Shown here piece after piece: positions 46,222-56,974 of a DNA stretch of 64,000 bases. The number at the start of each line of letters is the position of its first letter. Positions within the stretch are counted from its first letter, which is position 1. Source of the stretch: an uncultured Planctomycetaceae bacterium (GTDB lineage: Bacteria; Planctomycetota; Planctomycetia; Planctomycetales; Planctomycetaceae); contig CAWFAK010000005.1 of NCBI GenBank assembly GCA_963813715.1, positions 1,280,001-1,344,000 on the forward strand. Direction: 5' to 3'. Under the pieces are notes generated by a model. It was given only the letters and a program-made list of their open reading frames with translations. It did not search any database and had not been told where the DNA came from. Position numbers and translations under genes: made by a program.

Positions 46222-47379
46222 TTGTCCAATCCAGGCCCCAATTCCGACGTGATCACCGTTCCGGTTTCGCTCGGCTCGCGGAGCTACGAAATTGTGATCG
46301 CTAGCGGACGGCTGGACTCCTGGGCGACGGATCTCAATCGATGGATCGCGGCACGTCCGCAGTATTCGCGGGGCCCCGCGTCCGCCGGCAAGGCGCTGGT
46401 CGTCACGGACCACCACATCGCCGCGACCCATGCACGGGCCGCAGAGAAGAGCCTTGCTCAATCCGGCTGGACAACGGCCCGCGTCGAGCTGGAAGCCGGC
46501 GAGCCGGCGAAGACGGTGGCCTCGGCGGCACGGCTCTACGATGCGCTGGCCGAGATGCGGGCGGACCGACGCACGGTGATCGTCGCGGTCGGCGGCGGCG
46601 TCGTCGGCGATACGGCGGGCTTTGCTGCGGCCACTTATGCCCGGGGCATCCCCTTCGTCCAGGTTCCGACTACGCTGCTGGCGCAAGTTGACAGCTCGGT
46701 CGGAGGCAAGGTCGGCGTCAATCACTCGCGCGGAAAGAATTTGATCGGCGCGTTTCATCAGCCGCTCGGCGTATTAATCGACACACTGACCCTGGCGACG
46801 CTGCCGGACCGCGATTATCGCTCGGGACTGGCCGAGGTCATCAAATACGGCGTGAGTCTCGACGGCGAGTTCTTCGAGTACTTGGAAGCGCATGTTGACG
46901 GTCTCATTGGCCGCGCCCCCGACGTATTGCGGCACGTGATCGCGCGAAGCTGTCAGCTCAAGGCGGGCATCGTTGAGCAGAACGAACAAGAGTTGTCCGG
47001 CATAAGAGCCCTGCTGAACTACGGCCACACGTTCGCCCACGCCTACGAGGCGCTGCTGGGATACGGCACGCTGCTGCACGGCGAGGCCGTCGCCATCGGC
47101 ATGGTGCACGCCAGCCGGCTGGCCGAGCGGCTGGGCCGCGTGGACTCCTCGGTGACGCAACGCCAGTTGCGCCTGCTGCAAGCGGTCCAGCTGCCCACGG
47201 CAACCCCCGGTCCGGTCGACGTGGCGGCCACGCTCGATCGCATGCGGCTCGACAAAAAGACGGTCGGCGGCAAACTGCGATTCGTCCTGCCAACCAAGAT
47301 CGGACACGTGGAACTGGTCGATTCCGTTCCTGAGGCGGCTGTGCGCTCTTTACTCGCCGATCTCTCAAGCCCGCAATAA
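46222..47379 (+). CDS. aroB: 3-dehydroquinate synthase
   Basis: GGGVVGD, PTTLLAQVDSSVGGK, KNLIGAF, LNYGHT, HGEAV. Confidence 0.96.
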   Translation: MSNPGPNSDVITVPVSLGSRSYEIVIASGRLDSWATDLNRWIAARPQYSRGPASAGKALVVTDHHIAATHARAAEKSLAQSGWTTARVELEAGEPAKTVASAARLYDALAEMRADRRTVIVAVGGGVVGDTAGFAAATYARGIPFVQVPTTLLAQVDSSVGGKVGVNHSRGKNLIGAFHQPLGVLIDTLTLATLPDRDYRSGLAEVIKYGVSLDGEFFEYLEAHVDGLIGRAPDVLRHVIARSCQLKAGIVEQNEQELSGIRALLNYGHTFAHAYEALLGYGTLLHGEAVAIGMVHASRLAERLGRVDSSVTQRQLRLLQAVQLPTATPGPVDVAATLDRMRLDKKTVGGKLRFVLPTKIGHVELVDSVPEAAVRSLLADLSSPQ

Positions 47380-47391
47380 GCCGAGGGCCGT

Positions 47392-48551
47392 ATGTCGGAT
47401 TCGCCTTCGGTCGGTCTTTTCGCTAAGGATCGCGAACCCGACGACGCCGACCTGGTCGATGCCGTGCAGGCTCAATCTCGTTCCGGGAATCGGCCCGCGA
47501 CTACAGCAATCGCTCGAGGCCGCCTTCGGTGCGCCGCCCGCCATCCTCGCCGCGAGCCTCAGCGAGCTACAGCAAGTCGACGGGATCGGACCGAAGCTCG
47601 CCGCCGCCATTGTCGAACATCGTAATCCCGAGCCGGCGCTCCGCGAGATCGAGCGATGCCGCGCAGGCCAACGTTCGCCTCCTGCGAAAGGGCACACCCG
47701 ACTATCCCCGCATGCTCGCCCAGATCTGCGATCCGCCGAGCGTCCTTTATTGTCGGGGAACGCTGGAGCCGCGGGACGAGGTGGCTGTCGCCATCGTCGG
47801 CTCGCGTCGCTGCTCCGTTTACGGTCGCCAGCAGGCCGAGCGATTTGCTAGCGCGCTCGCGCGAGCTGGAGCGACGGTGATCAGCGGGCTGGCCCGCGGC
47901 ATCGACGCGGCCGCCCACCGCGGTGCCTTGGAAGCGGGCGGACGGACCATCGCCGTTGCCGCCACCGGTCTGGCGCAGGTCTATCCGCCTGAGCACAAAG
48001 AGCTCGCCGCCGAAATTGCCGAGCACGGGGGTGTGGTCTCGGAATCATGCCTCGACCAAGAACCAATCGCCGGCTTGTTTCCACAGCGCAACCGGATCAT
48101 TAGCGGCATGTCGCTGGGCGTAATCATCATCGAGGCGACCCGCACGAGCGGCGCGCTGCACACGGCCCGTCACGCGCTGGAACAGGGACGGGAGGTCTTC
48201 GCCGTCCCGGGACGGATTGACAGCCTGACCAGCGAAGGCTGCCACGATCTCATCCGCGACGGAGTGCCGCTCGTGCGCGGGGTCGACGACGTTCTGGAAG
48301 CGCTCGGCCCGCTCCTCTCGCCTGTCGAACGCAGCCCGACGGAGACCGTCCATTCGCCGCGGGAGCTGAGCCTGAGTCAGCAAGAGCGGACGATCCTCAA
48401 CCTGGTGACGGTCGAGCAGCGATTGATCGACGAAGTGGTCCGCGATTCGGGCCTGGAATCCTCGCGCGTGCTGGCTACTCTCACCGTGCTGGAGATGAAA
48501 CGGATGCTCCGGCGGTTGCCGGGAGGCTATGTCATCCGCACCGGCTATTAG
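47392..48551 (+). CDS. dprA: DNA-processing protein DprA (frameshifts ~47460, ~47665)
   Basis: LNLVPGIGP, AIVGSR, SGLARGID, FPQRNRII, GREVFAVPG, C-terminal winged helix. Confidence 0.93.
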
Positions 48552-48582
48552 GCTCGCCTCGACCACGACTCCAATGACGCGG

Positions 48583-49824
48583 CTACCGTCGCGCCTGTGC
48601 TTCGTTTTGACGCACCGCGAAGACGTAAAACGGCGACGTGGTGTGCGGCTTGAAGTCGTTGTCGACGCAGATCCACAGCAGCCGGCGACCGTCGGCCAAC
48701 TTGGGTCCCCAAGCCAGGCCTTCCTCCTTCTCCGGAAAGTGCGGGCTGGCAAGGCCGTAGCGTGCATCGAGCAAGTCGATGTAGGTCGACTTCTGCACTG
48801 GCCTCACTTTCTTGGGCAACTTCTTCGGCGGCAGGGACTCAATGCCGCTGACGTCGCTGGCGCCGGCGATATCGATCTTCATGATCTTCTTGAAGGCCGC
48901 ATTTTGTCCGATCTGATTGTCCCGCTCGATCACCAGAAAACGATGGTCGTCGACGGCGAGCATCTCGGACGTCTTCACCCCCTCTTGCTCGAGCGGGTAG
49001 ACGTATTCGCGAGTTTTACCACCGACGATTTCGATTTCGAGCAGGCGGCAGTTGAGACCCTTCGCCTTGCCCTTTTGCGTCCGCTTGGAATCCTGCAAGA
49101 GGGGCAACTGAATCAGCGCAAACAGTTTTTTGCCGTCCGGGCTGATGGCCAGGCTCTCGAAACCCGCGTTCGAGACCCGCCCGGTTTGGTTGTTCTGAAC
49201 TTCTTCTTCCTTCGTCGCGCCCGGGTGGGCAATCGAAAAGCGGGCCGGCACATCGAGCGCCCGCAGCTGATGGCCGGACGAATCAAACTCGTAGATGTAT
49301 GGCCCATATTCATCGGAGATGAAGACCGAGCCATTCGGGCCTAGGCGCAGACTCTCCGGATCGAAACGGTGGTTGCCGTCGGGTCCGCGCGGATCGAAGG
49401 CGGTTGAGATGCCGATCAGCGGCTTGCCGTCGATCGCGGTGAGCATCGTTGTGCCGACCACGCGGGCGGAGCCCGTGCCGTGCGGAACGGCAGGCGGCTT
49501 GAGCTCGATCATCTGCCAGCGGCACAGGTAAGGTGCGCTGCCGTCGCCCGGCCCGCGGTCGGGGAGGGCGTAATACAGATCGTCGTGCCCCGAGTACTCG
49601 AGTGCCGACAGCCCGCCGAGTTGATTGTGCGGGATGTTGCCCGGAAGAATGTCGGTCAGGCCCGACTTATCAACAGTGCCGGCCGGCAACGCGGCAGTGC
49701 CCAGAAATTCGATCTCGTCTTCCGCCCGCGCAACCGCCGGAGAGACGCAGGCCGACGCCAGCAGGAAAGCCGCGGCGAGGAATTCAGGGAGGCGCCGGAA
49801 ACGGTTGAGGCAATGTTTGCTCAT
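48583..49824 (-). CDS. Esterase-like activity of phytase family protein
   Basis: GGLSAL, PDRGP, DPES, SDEYGP, NAGFES, LVIERD, EGLAWG, DNDF. Confidence 0.87.
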   Translation of the reverse strand: MSKHCLNRFRRLPEFLAAAFLLASACVSPAVARAEDEIEFLGTAALPAGTVDKSGLTDILPGNIPHNQLGGLSALEYSGHDDLYYALPDRGPGDGSAPYLCRWQMIELKPPAVPHGTGSARVVGTTMLTAIDGKPLIGISTAFDPRGPDGNHRFDPESLRLGPNGSVFISDEYGPYIYEFDSSGHQLRALDVPARFSIAHPGATKEEEVQNNQTGRVSNAGFESLAISPDGKKLFALIQLPLLQDSKRTQKGKAKGLNCRLLEIEIVGGKTREYVYPLEQEGVKTSEMLAVDDHRFLVIERDNQIGQNAAFKKIMKIDIAGASDVSGIESLPPKKLPKKVRPVQKSTYIDLLDARYGLASPHFPEKEEGLAWGPKLADGRRLLWICVDNDFKPHTTSPFYVFAVRQNEAQARR

Positions 49825-49835
49825 AAGAAGGGCCT

Positions 49836-49872
49836 AAAAAGATACGCGCCGGTCGCAGCGACGACCGGCGCG
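49836..49872 (-). terminator. Intrinsic terminator-like hairpin
   Basis: 11-bp stem CGCGCCGGTCG/CGACCGGCGCG followed by TATCTTTTT on the minus strand. Confidence 0.5.
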
Positions 49873-50012
49873 CCAAAGTTCGCGGCATAAATGGCTTGGA
49901 AAGGATAGCAGATGGCGGCTGGCGCCACGCCCCGGCGAAATCCAATAGTTACACGAGAGGCGTCGTCGACCAGGCGGGAAAAACCGCCTGATCGACTGGC
50001 CGCCAAAACACG

Positions 50013-51165
50013 CTATTCGGCACCAAAGATGGTCTGGTTCCCGTCCCGAGCGGTGACGAGGTTAGCGACGATGCTGTTATCGAGATTCTCGCTCACGAAC
50101 CGGACCGATCCGTCGCACATCGCGAACGGGCAGCTTCCAGGATGGAAGCAGAAGATCTCGTTCTTGTTGTTGCAGTTAATGGCGCACTGCCCGCTCTCAT
50201 TGAGCAGAGCGGGATAGGCATACCCGTCGACTTTCCAGCAGGGCGTTTCAGGCGCCGTCCAGGCAACGGCATCCAGGTGCATCGAAAAGCCGCCCGGTCC
50301 CGGGATGAACGACGAAGTGACGTTGTCGGTCTGTTCGACCGAGTACAGAATCTTGCCGCCCTTATTCCAGTGCCACGGCTTTCCTGCGCATTCCGTGTAC
50401 ATGACCGTGTTGGTAAGACCGTCAGTGATATTTTGGAGCCGGCAAATGCCCCCGTTGATCGCCGAATCCGCGACCGGGTCATACCCAGTCGCAAGGGCGG
50501 CGCCCGTGTCGCCGGGCTTTGTCAGGCCGTTGACCTGGTAGAAGAGGTCATCAACCGACGAGCAAGGAGTAGCGTAATCCATCGTCGGAATGCCTGCCTT
50601 CAGCGTGTTCATGGGAACCGCCGGCTCGGGGTGGATGCAGAACCACACGTCGAAGCGCGTATTGTTGTCCGGAGCCGAAGGGCACGAGCAGCATCGGAAT
50701 CGGATTTTCGATGGCGAACGTAACATTTGCCGGATGGCACCAAGGCAGGTTCGGGATTATAGCCCTTGCTGTAGTTGCCCTGCTCAACATAAGGCAGCGT
50801 GCTGAGGAAGCAGTTCGCCCAGCCGTCGGAGCACTTATCCGCGGGCGTTCCGTAACCAGCCGGGGGTTCTTTGCCCCAAGTCAGGCCGTTCGCGTTCGCG
50901 TCGACTTTCCCTTTGGTTCCCTTACAACCGGAACCGCCCCAAGCGCCGTTGGCAAGCATCTTCCCAGGGGCGAACCCATGGTTCACGTCGGCGTAGTTAT
51001 GCTGCGCCAAGGTCCACTGCTTGAGATTGTTGCGACACTGCGAGCGCCGCGCCGCTTCGCGCGCGACTGGACCGCCGGAAGCAGCAGAGCAATGAGCGTC
51101 GAGATGATGGCGATCACCACCAGCAACTCGATGAGTGTGAAAGCACGTTTGACCCGTAACGACAT
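50013..51165 (-). CDS. DUF1559 prepilin-type protein (frameshifts ~51065, ~50740)
   Basis: [46 protein letters not shown]9-DG ([12 protein letters not shown]). Confidence 0.92.
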
Positions 51166-51268
51166 CGACTTTCCCCTTAGAAAATTCCCTTGAGTGCGAA
51201 AACAACTACGTGTTACCAAGGCCACCCGCGAGCGGGTGAGCGCGACTGTCAAGGACGCAAGGTCCGAA

Positions 51269-51790
51269 TTACTCCGATTCCGACGGCGCGGCCTCCTTCG
51301 GCGCAGCCTCATTGAGCGCCTGTTGCTCCTCCGGCGTCAGTTTGATTTCCAAAGCCGCGAGATCATTGTCCCCCTCCTGAATCTCCGCCTTCAGCACGCT
51401 GCCCCGAGGATTCCGGTAATTCCGCGGCAGCAACTCCGGCTCTTCGTTCGTCCGCCCGTTTTGATGCGTCCCTCGATACGAGACAGTGACGCGATACTTT
51501 CCCGCGGGCGCGCCATCGTTGTCACCGTATGTGGTGAGCGAGAATGCACCATCTTCGTTCGTGCGGCCTCGCGGCAGGAACTGCGACGCCTCTTTGGGAA
51601 ACGGAGTCGTCGGGTGAAAGACAAGGTTGGCATGGACGAGCGGCTTGCCGTCCAGCAGCAACGTCCCCTTAGCCGGAAAAACGGGGAGCTTTCCCTGGAT
51701 TTCAGGAATTTTCGACTGTCCGCAGGAGGACGCGAGGAAAATGAAAGATAAGCCCACCCCAACGGCAATCGATCGCGGCATACGAAGCAT
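51269..51790 (-). CDS. Lipoprotein, carboxypeptidase-regulatory-like (DUF1559 companion)
   Basis: SSCG lipobox, GTLLLDGKP, TNEDGAFSLTT, GAPAGKYRVTV, LPRNY. Confidence 0.85.
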   Translation of the reverse strand: MLRMPRSIAVGVGLSFIFLASSCGQSKIPEIQGKLPVFPAKGTLLLDGKPLVHANLVFHPTTPFPKEASQFLPRGRTNEDGAFSLTTYGDNDGAPAGKYRVTVSYRGTHQNGRTNEEPELLPRNYRNPRGSVLKAEIQEGDNDLAALEIKLTPEEQQALNEAAPKEAAPSESE

Positions 51791-52486
51791 TTGCCCGGTC
51801 ACCTTTCTGCTCTCCGTTTCACACGCTTGGCTCAGCGCCAAACGCTGCTCCAGCGATTCCTAGAGACCCAGCGTCTAACACTTCCCGACATAATTCGGCC
51901 CGATCGTTTGGCCGGTCTTTGGCCAGACAATTCAGGCGAGGCACGACAGCAGAGTGAGGGACTCACGGGATTGCGGAGGCGGCGCCAAAAACACCGAGGC
52001 ACAGCCGCTTCGACTTACCGCAAGAAGAGGCAAAAGCCAGGCAACAACAGGCAACGGCGTGACAAAGCCGCGCCGGCCGATTGATCCTCGTCCGTAATCT
52101 CGTGTCACTGAAAAAGGTCTCCGTCCAACTCTGCTGGGGCGAATCAACTCTGCCGGGACGAACGGCGCACTCGACCTTGGTCGAGCGTGCACGCGGTACG
52201 TCTGTGACAGGTGGACTTTGAGTCTGAAGCCTAACTGAAGTGAAAGACCCTAGCGGTGAATCGTGTGGTTCTTGTGATGTCCGAGTGTAGAATCTGTTAA
52301 TGTCCGCATTGACGAGCAGCATGGCCGACGCGGCAAATAGACGCTGCGTCGTAAGGCATTTGTCAGAAATCGGTTACGTCCGATCAGGCCTGGCCAGCTG
52401 CGAACGTTAATTCCCGTTTAACATGCCGTACGCGAGCGCCAATCGGCGGCTCTTTACACGAATCGTGAAGGCCGTCTCGCCAGACG

Positions 52487-53287
52487 CTAGGCCGAAAAAC
52501 GCAGACCGCGCAGGTCGGCGATGGCCGACTCAAAGGCTTCGTCGCGGACGTCTGCCGACGACTCTTCCGCTCGCTCGAGCGAGAGCTTGGCCAAGCGTTC
52601 GAGCGCGTCCGGGATGCCTTGAGCCGCGGCGAAGATAGCAGCCGCCGACGCGTCGAATGTTCCCGTCGGACGGCCGGAGAACTCGAGCAGCGATTGAAGA
52701 AATGCGCGGCTCTCGAGCTCGTTCAACGGATTCAGCTCGACCCTCAGATCGTCGCGCTCACGCCATTCGCGCGGCACTGTGGGAAAGAGACGTCCGGAAA
52801 ACGAAAGAACCCAGGTCTCACCCTGATGCACGTTGCCGCGCGTCGCCAGTCGTCGCACCAGGTGCCGACAATCGTTTGTCGCGCGGTCGAGATGATCGAC
52901 GACGAGAACACAGCCTTGCCCGGCCAGCGCGCGGCCGACGAGCGCGTCGGTGACTTCCGTCCAGAGGGCGACAGGGCGCCGATGCGCTTGTGACGTGACT
53001 CCCAAACGTTGTGCCAGCCGCTCGAGCAATTGGAGGCTGTCCAAGCCGGTCACGTCGATGGCCACCGCTTCCAGACCGGCGCGGCGGCACTCGGCGACAA
53101 AGACGGCGAGAACCGTCGATTTGCCCGTGCCGCTGGGCCCAGCGACGACCGCACAGCGGCACTCGCTCTCGACCAGGTGCTCAAGCCGAAACAGCGCCTC
53201 TGTGTGAGTCGCCCCCGCAAAGAAATGTGAGGCGACCGCAGCCCCGAGGGTTTGCGCAGTCTCCGATGCTTCGCGCGCGATCGACAC
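52487..53287 (-). CDS. ExeA-like AAA ATPase
   Basis: HTEALFRL, Walker A GPSGTGKS, atypical Walker B VVDHLD, GIP. Confidence 0.75.
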   Translation of the reverse strand: MSIAREASETAQTLGAAVASHFFAGATHTEALFRLEHLVESECRCAVVAGPSGTGKSTVLAVFVAECRRAGLEAVAIDVTGLDSLQLLERLAQRLGVTSQAHRRPVALWTEVTDALVGRALAGQGCVLVVDHLDRATNDCRHLVRRLATRGNVHQGETWVLSFSGRLFPTVPREWRERDDLRVELNPLNELESRAFLQSLLEFSGRPTGTFDASAAAIFAAAQGIPDALERLAKLSLERAEESSADVRDEAFESAIADLRGLRFSA

Positions 53288-53527
53288 CGAGGGCCTCCTT
53301 GCCGGTTCGGGAATCGTCTGTTATCAGGTAAGATCGGCAGTCAGGAGGCCGGGAAATAAGCCTGCCCCTCGCGACAAAGCCGCGAGTTACGCGGCACGTT
53401 CGGCAACCGATGCCCGAATCTTCGCCCCCGTCCCGAGCGCCGCACGTCTTTCTGACTGCTGATGATTCCCCATCGCGAAGATCGTTCACACGGTCCGCCG
53501 GGCAGTCCGTCGCAGTCGCGACCGTAG

Positions 53528-53827
53528 CTCAAGCAGCGGAAAGCGTGGCGGCTCGGAACCGCGTTTATGCTGTTTCTTTGCAGCCTGTTCGCCAAACCGG
53601 CTTTGGTGACGCTTCCCTTCGTGCTGTTGTTACTGGACTATTGACCGCTAAACCGCCTCAAGCCGATCGAGCAGTCCGTCGCGACGCCCCGACAGACGAA
53701 ACGCGGTCGACGCGCAGCGGACCAGCCGGTCGCACAGCGACTCGCCGAGATGGTCCCCAACGATCCGCTCATCCGGCAGGCTCTCTCTCAAACTCTCGAG
53801 CAACAGCGTGCGGCGACAGGTAAGTAA
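53528..53827 (+). pseudogene. Remnant of TMTC-like membrane glycosyltransferase/TPR gene
   Basis: Manual translation: LFLCSLFAKPALVTLPFVLLLLDY*PLNR (TGA at 53642 where W is expected), then PNDPLIRQALSQ TPR-like end. Confidence 0.7.
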
Positions 53828-54007
53828 TCCGCGCATCCGCCTGCGTTATAATTGGGTCAAAAGCATCCCCAGGCGCCGAGGGCCCTGATCTTGTTTGCGG
53901 CTTGCGTGACTGATCCCGAGCTCCCGCCTTCCTGCAATGAAACTGTGCTTTCCTGAATGACGACGGCGAGGATGGCCAACCGTGTCGCTTGATCTGGTGT
54001 CGGCCTG

Positions 54008-54743
54008 ATGACGGCCCGTTATTACGCTCCCCACTTGTCGGACGCTGACACCTGTTCGCTCGACGGGAGCGAGTTTCATCATCTGGCACACGTGATGCGC
54101 GCCGGCTCGGGCGATTCGATCGAGCTCTTTGACGGAAACGGGAACGTCGCCGAGGCACAGATCGTCGACTTGTCGAAGACGCGCGCCGCCCTGCAGATCT
54201 TGAAACGCGCGCACGACACCGAAGCAGGCCCGACTGTCGTGCTGGCGACGGCCGTCCCCAAGTCCGACCGTTTTCGCTGGCTGGTCGAGAAAGCTACCGA
54301 GCTGGGCGTGAGCCGCCTGATTCCGCTCCAAACCGCTCACAGTGTCACCGAGCCGGGCGCGACCAAGCTCGACAAAATGCGTGCCGTCGTCGTCGAGGCC
54401 TGCAAGCAATCGGGCCGCAATCGGCTGATGACGATTGATAGCCTCACCGATTGGCCGTCGTTTCTCGCCGCCGTTCCCTCGTTGGGCCGCCTGCTGATTG
54501 CTGACCCGGCAGGTGCGGTTCGCGCCAGCCTCTGCGAGCTCCAGCCAAGCCAGCGCCCTGGTGCTCGTCGTCGGACCTGAGGGAGGATTTACCGACACCG
54601 AGATCATTCAGGCCGTTGACGCCGGCGGCCGCTGTATTTCGCTGGGCTCCTCCATCCTGCGGACAGAAACGGCGGCCATCGCACTGGCGGCACTGTGTCT
54701 GTTGCCGGCCCGGGAACGGAATTCCGCGCCGACCGACTCGTAA
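54008..54743 (+). CDS. rsmE: 16S rRNA m3U1498 methyltransferase (frameshift ~54535)
   Basis: HHLAHVMR, EKATELG, EACKQSGR, VGPEGGF, LGSSILRTETA. Confidence 0.94.
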
Positions 54744-54756
54744 GGAAAACGGACAA

Positions 54757-55153
54757 ATGCCCGCCGCTGTCTCACTTGCGAAGCTCGTCAGCGCCTTGCA
54801 GTTCGCCGGGCCCGGGGCCGTTGTGCAAGTCGACAGGCAGAGCGGTGAAGTGATCGAGGACCCTGCCGGCGCGGTGCCGCCCGACCCGTCAGCCCGTTTT
54901 CAGCCGGTCGCCGTCGAAATTGACGAACTCGAATGCGCGAAGCGGTTCTGCGAAACCGTCGCGGACGTGAACGATCGGGTGCCGCCTTGCCACGGCGCTC
55001 GCCAGTATGCGACCGATGGAGAGCTTTGAGAACACGATTTTTCGCGTCGGCGTGGGCCACGACTGGTTCCCATTTCGTGACCGCCAAGTGGCCAATGCGA
55101 TGCGGGCCTTCCTCAACGCGCAGGGGATCCCGTTCGTCGACGATCTAGGCTAA
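54757..55153 (+). CDS. UPF0158-like hypothetical protein (frameshift ~54985)
   Basis: VDRQSGEV at N-terminus; alternate frame gives WFPFRD..FLNAQGIPFVDDLG*. Confidence 0.6.
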
Positions 55154-55192
55154 TCGGGCCGCCGAGTCTTGTGCGCGAGGAGCCGCGACCGT

Positions 55193-56563
55193 TCAGTGAG
55201 GCGGTTGCCAGCCAGTCAGATGCGCCGGCGTGTGGCCGTTGTGCTGCAGAGCATCGCCCGGATGCGTGGCGGACCCGTTTTGGAGCGTAACCACTGTGCC
55301 CTCTTCATTGAGCCGCTCGACAATCGCCCGTGGCATGCGGCACACCAGCTTCACTCGCGAGTCGATGTACTCGCGGCTCTTGATCTCCGCCCGCTCGGCC
55401 AGAAAGGCGAACAGCTTTCCGTTCCCGGCACCCGTCTCGATCTCGACGTCGGCGTAGCCGTTGGCGAGTCGGGCGGCCACGGCCTCGGCCAGGCGGTCGA
55501 GTCCCTGACCGGTTGCTGCGCTGATCGATACCGAATCCTCGAAGCGGCGCCGGAGGACATCGACAATGCCGCGGTCCCGCACGCAGTCCATCTTGTTGAG
55601 CACGATCAGCGAGTTCGCCGAATTGACGCCAATCTCTTCGAGAACCCGGTTCACCGTGTCGATTTGGGCTTCCGCTTCCGAATCGGCCGCGTCGACGACG
55701 TGGATCAGGAGGTCGGCATGCCGCGCCTCTTCGAGCGTCGAGCGAAACGAGGCCACCAGGTGGTGCGGCAAGTTGCGCACGAACCCGACGGTGTCGCTCA
55801 AGAGGACTTCGCCCCAATGTGGGATATGCCAGCGGCGAGTCCGCGTATCGAGGGTGGCAAAGAGCTTGTCGGCCACGTAGACCTCGGAGCCGGTGAGCGC
55901 GTTCATCAACGTGCTCTTGCCCGCGTTGGTGTAACCGACGATCGAGACCGTAAGTTGCTCACGGCGGGCGGAAACTGTCCGCTCGCGCCGTTTCTCGACT
56001 TCGGCGAGCCGCTTCTTGAGTTCGGCGATCCTTTTATCGATTAGCCGGCGGTCGGTTTCGATCTGCTTTTCGCCAGGACCACGGCCGGTGCCGACACCGC
56101 CTTCGATGCGCTCGAGGTGGCTCCAGCGTTTGCGCAGCCGATTGCGGAAGTACTGAAGTTGGGCCAACTCGACCTGCAGACGCGACTCGTAGGTCCTGGC
56201 CCGGCTGGCGAAGATGTCCAGAATCACTTCGCTGCGGTCAACGATGATCCGGCCGGTCTCTTTTTCGAGGTTTCGCTCTTGGGAGGGGGTGAGATCGTTG
56301 TCGAAGACGACCAGGTCGGCCCCGCAGACGTCGACCATCTGCTTGAGCTCGTCGAGCTTGCCCTTTCCCAGGCAGGTCGCGGGAATCATTCGTCCCCGCA
56401 CCTGGGTCATGCGACCCACGACCTTGACGCCGGCCGTCTTCACCAACCCAGCCAGCTCGTCGAGAGCATGCTCCCGATTGGCCTTTTGCGCGGGATCCAG
56501 GACGCCGACCAGGATCGCCTTGCTTTGCTGGACACGCAAATCTTCGCGTTTGGGATCAGTCAA
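55193..56563 (-). CDS. hflX: GTPase HflX
   Basis: GPGEKQIETDRR, GYTNAGKST, LFATLD, DTVGF, NKMD. Confidence 0.96.
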   Translation of the reverse strand: MTDPKREDLRVQQSKAILVGVLDPAQKANREHALDELAGLVKTAGVKVVGRMTQVRGRMIPATCLGKGKLDELKQMVDVCGADLVVFDNDLTPSQERNLEKETGRIIVDRSEVILDIFASRARTYESRLQVELAQLQYFRNRLRKRWSHLERIEGGVGTGRGPGEKQIETDRRLIDKRIAELKKRLAEVEKRRERTVSARREQLTVSIVGYTNAGKSTLMNALTGSEVYVADKLFATLDTRTRRWHIPHWGEVLLSDTVGFVRNLPHHLVASFRSTLEEARHADLLIHVVDAADSEAEAQIDTVNRVLEEIGVNSANSLIVLNKMDCVRDRGIVDVLRRRFEDSVSISAATGQGLDRLAEAVAARLANGYADVEIETGAGNGKLFAFLAERAEIKSREYIDSRVKLVCRMPRAIVERLNEEGTVVTLQNGSATHPGDALQHNGHTPAHLTGWQPPH

Positions 56564-56754
56564 TTGAGCGAAAAAACCTCCACTGGTGACATGTCATCTC
56601 GCGGGACTCTTCCCGCCGGTCGCCTGAGGCGCGATTGGGTGGACCTCAAACCGTCAATTTCAGTCTACGACGGCAATTGGACCTGGGCAATGAGGGAACT
56701 CGGCCTGCGACCGTTCAAGGAGACACGAAGCGGAAGGCGAAGGTTCGTTCGCGC

Positions 56755-56794
56755 AAAAGGAAAGAGGCCGAGGCAAGCGGGCCTGCCTCGGCCT
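56755..56794 (-). terminator. Intrinsic terminator
   Basis: 11-bp stem AGGCCGAGGCA/TGCCTCGGCCT followed by CTTTCCTTTT on the minus strand. Confidence 0.7.
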
Positions 56795-56947
56795 TTGATT
56801 GGTGTGTCGGCAAGGGGTGCCGAAAGCGGTGGGATGTAGCCCGTCTCCACGGGCCGGTGGGAAAAAGTCTCTCTCACTCCTCTTTGAAAACCACCGGGCT
56901 CTCACCTCCGGCGGTCGTGCGTGCGACTTCTGGGTCTCACTCACGCC
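56755..56947 (-). ncRNA. Candidate small structured RNA
   Basis: Lies between a sigma54-type promoter and a terminator; three further hairpins; no convincing ORF. Confidence 0.5.
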
Positions 56948-56957
56948 TAACTAGAAA

Positions 56958-56974
56958 AGCACGTTCGGTGCCGA
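56958..56974 (-). promoter_or_regulatory. Putative sigma54 (-24/-12) promoter
   Basis: Minus strand TCGGCAC-CGAAC-GTGCT with exact GG-N10-GC spacing. Confidence 0.55.

Noticed and set aside
53518..53593. tRNA-like cloverleaf (GTAGCTCA, CT-CGG-AA loop, CCA nearby)
   Set aside because: No TTCRA T-loop, mismatched stems, and the sequence is better explained as a TMTC-like coding remnant.
56660..56944. 94-aa ORF over the sRNA candidate
   Set aside because: Runs through a terminator and has non-protein-like composition; a short peptide cannot be fully excluded.
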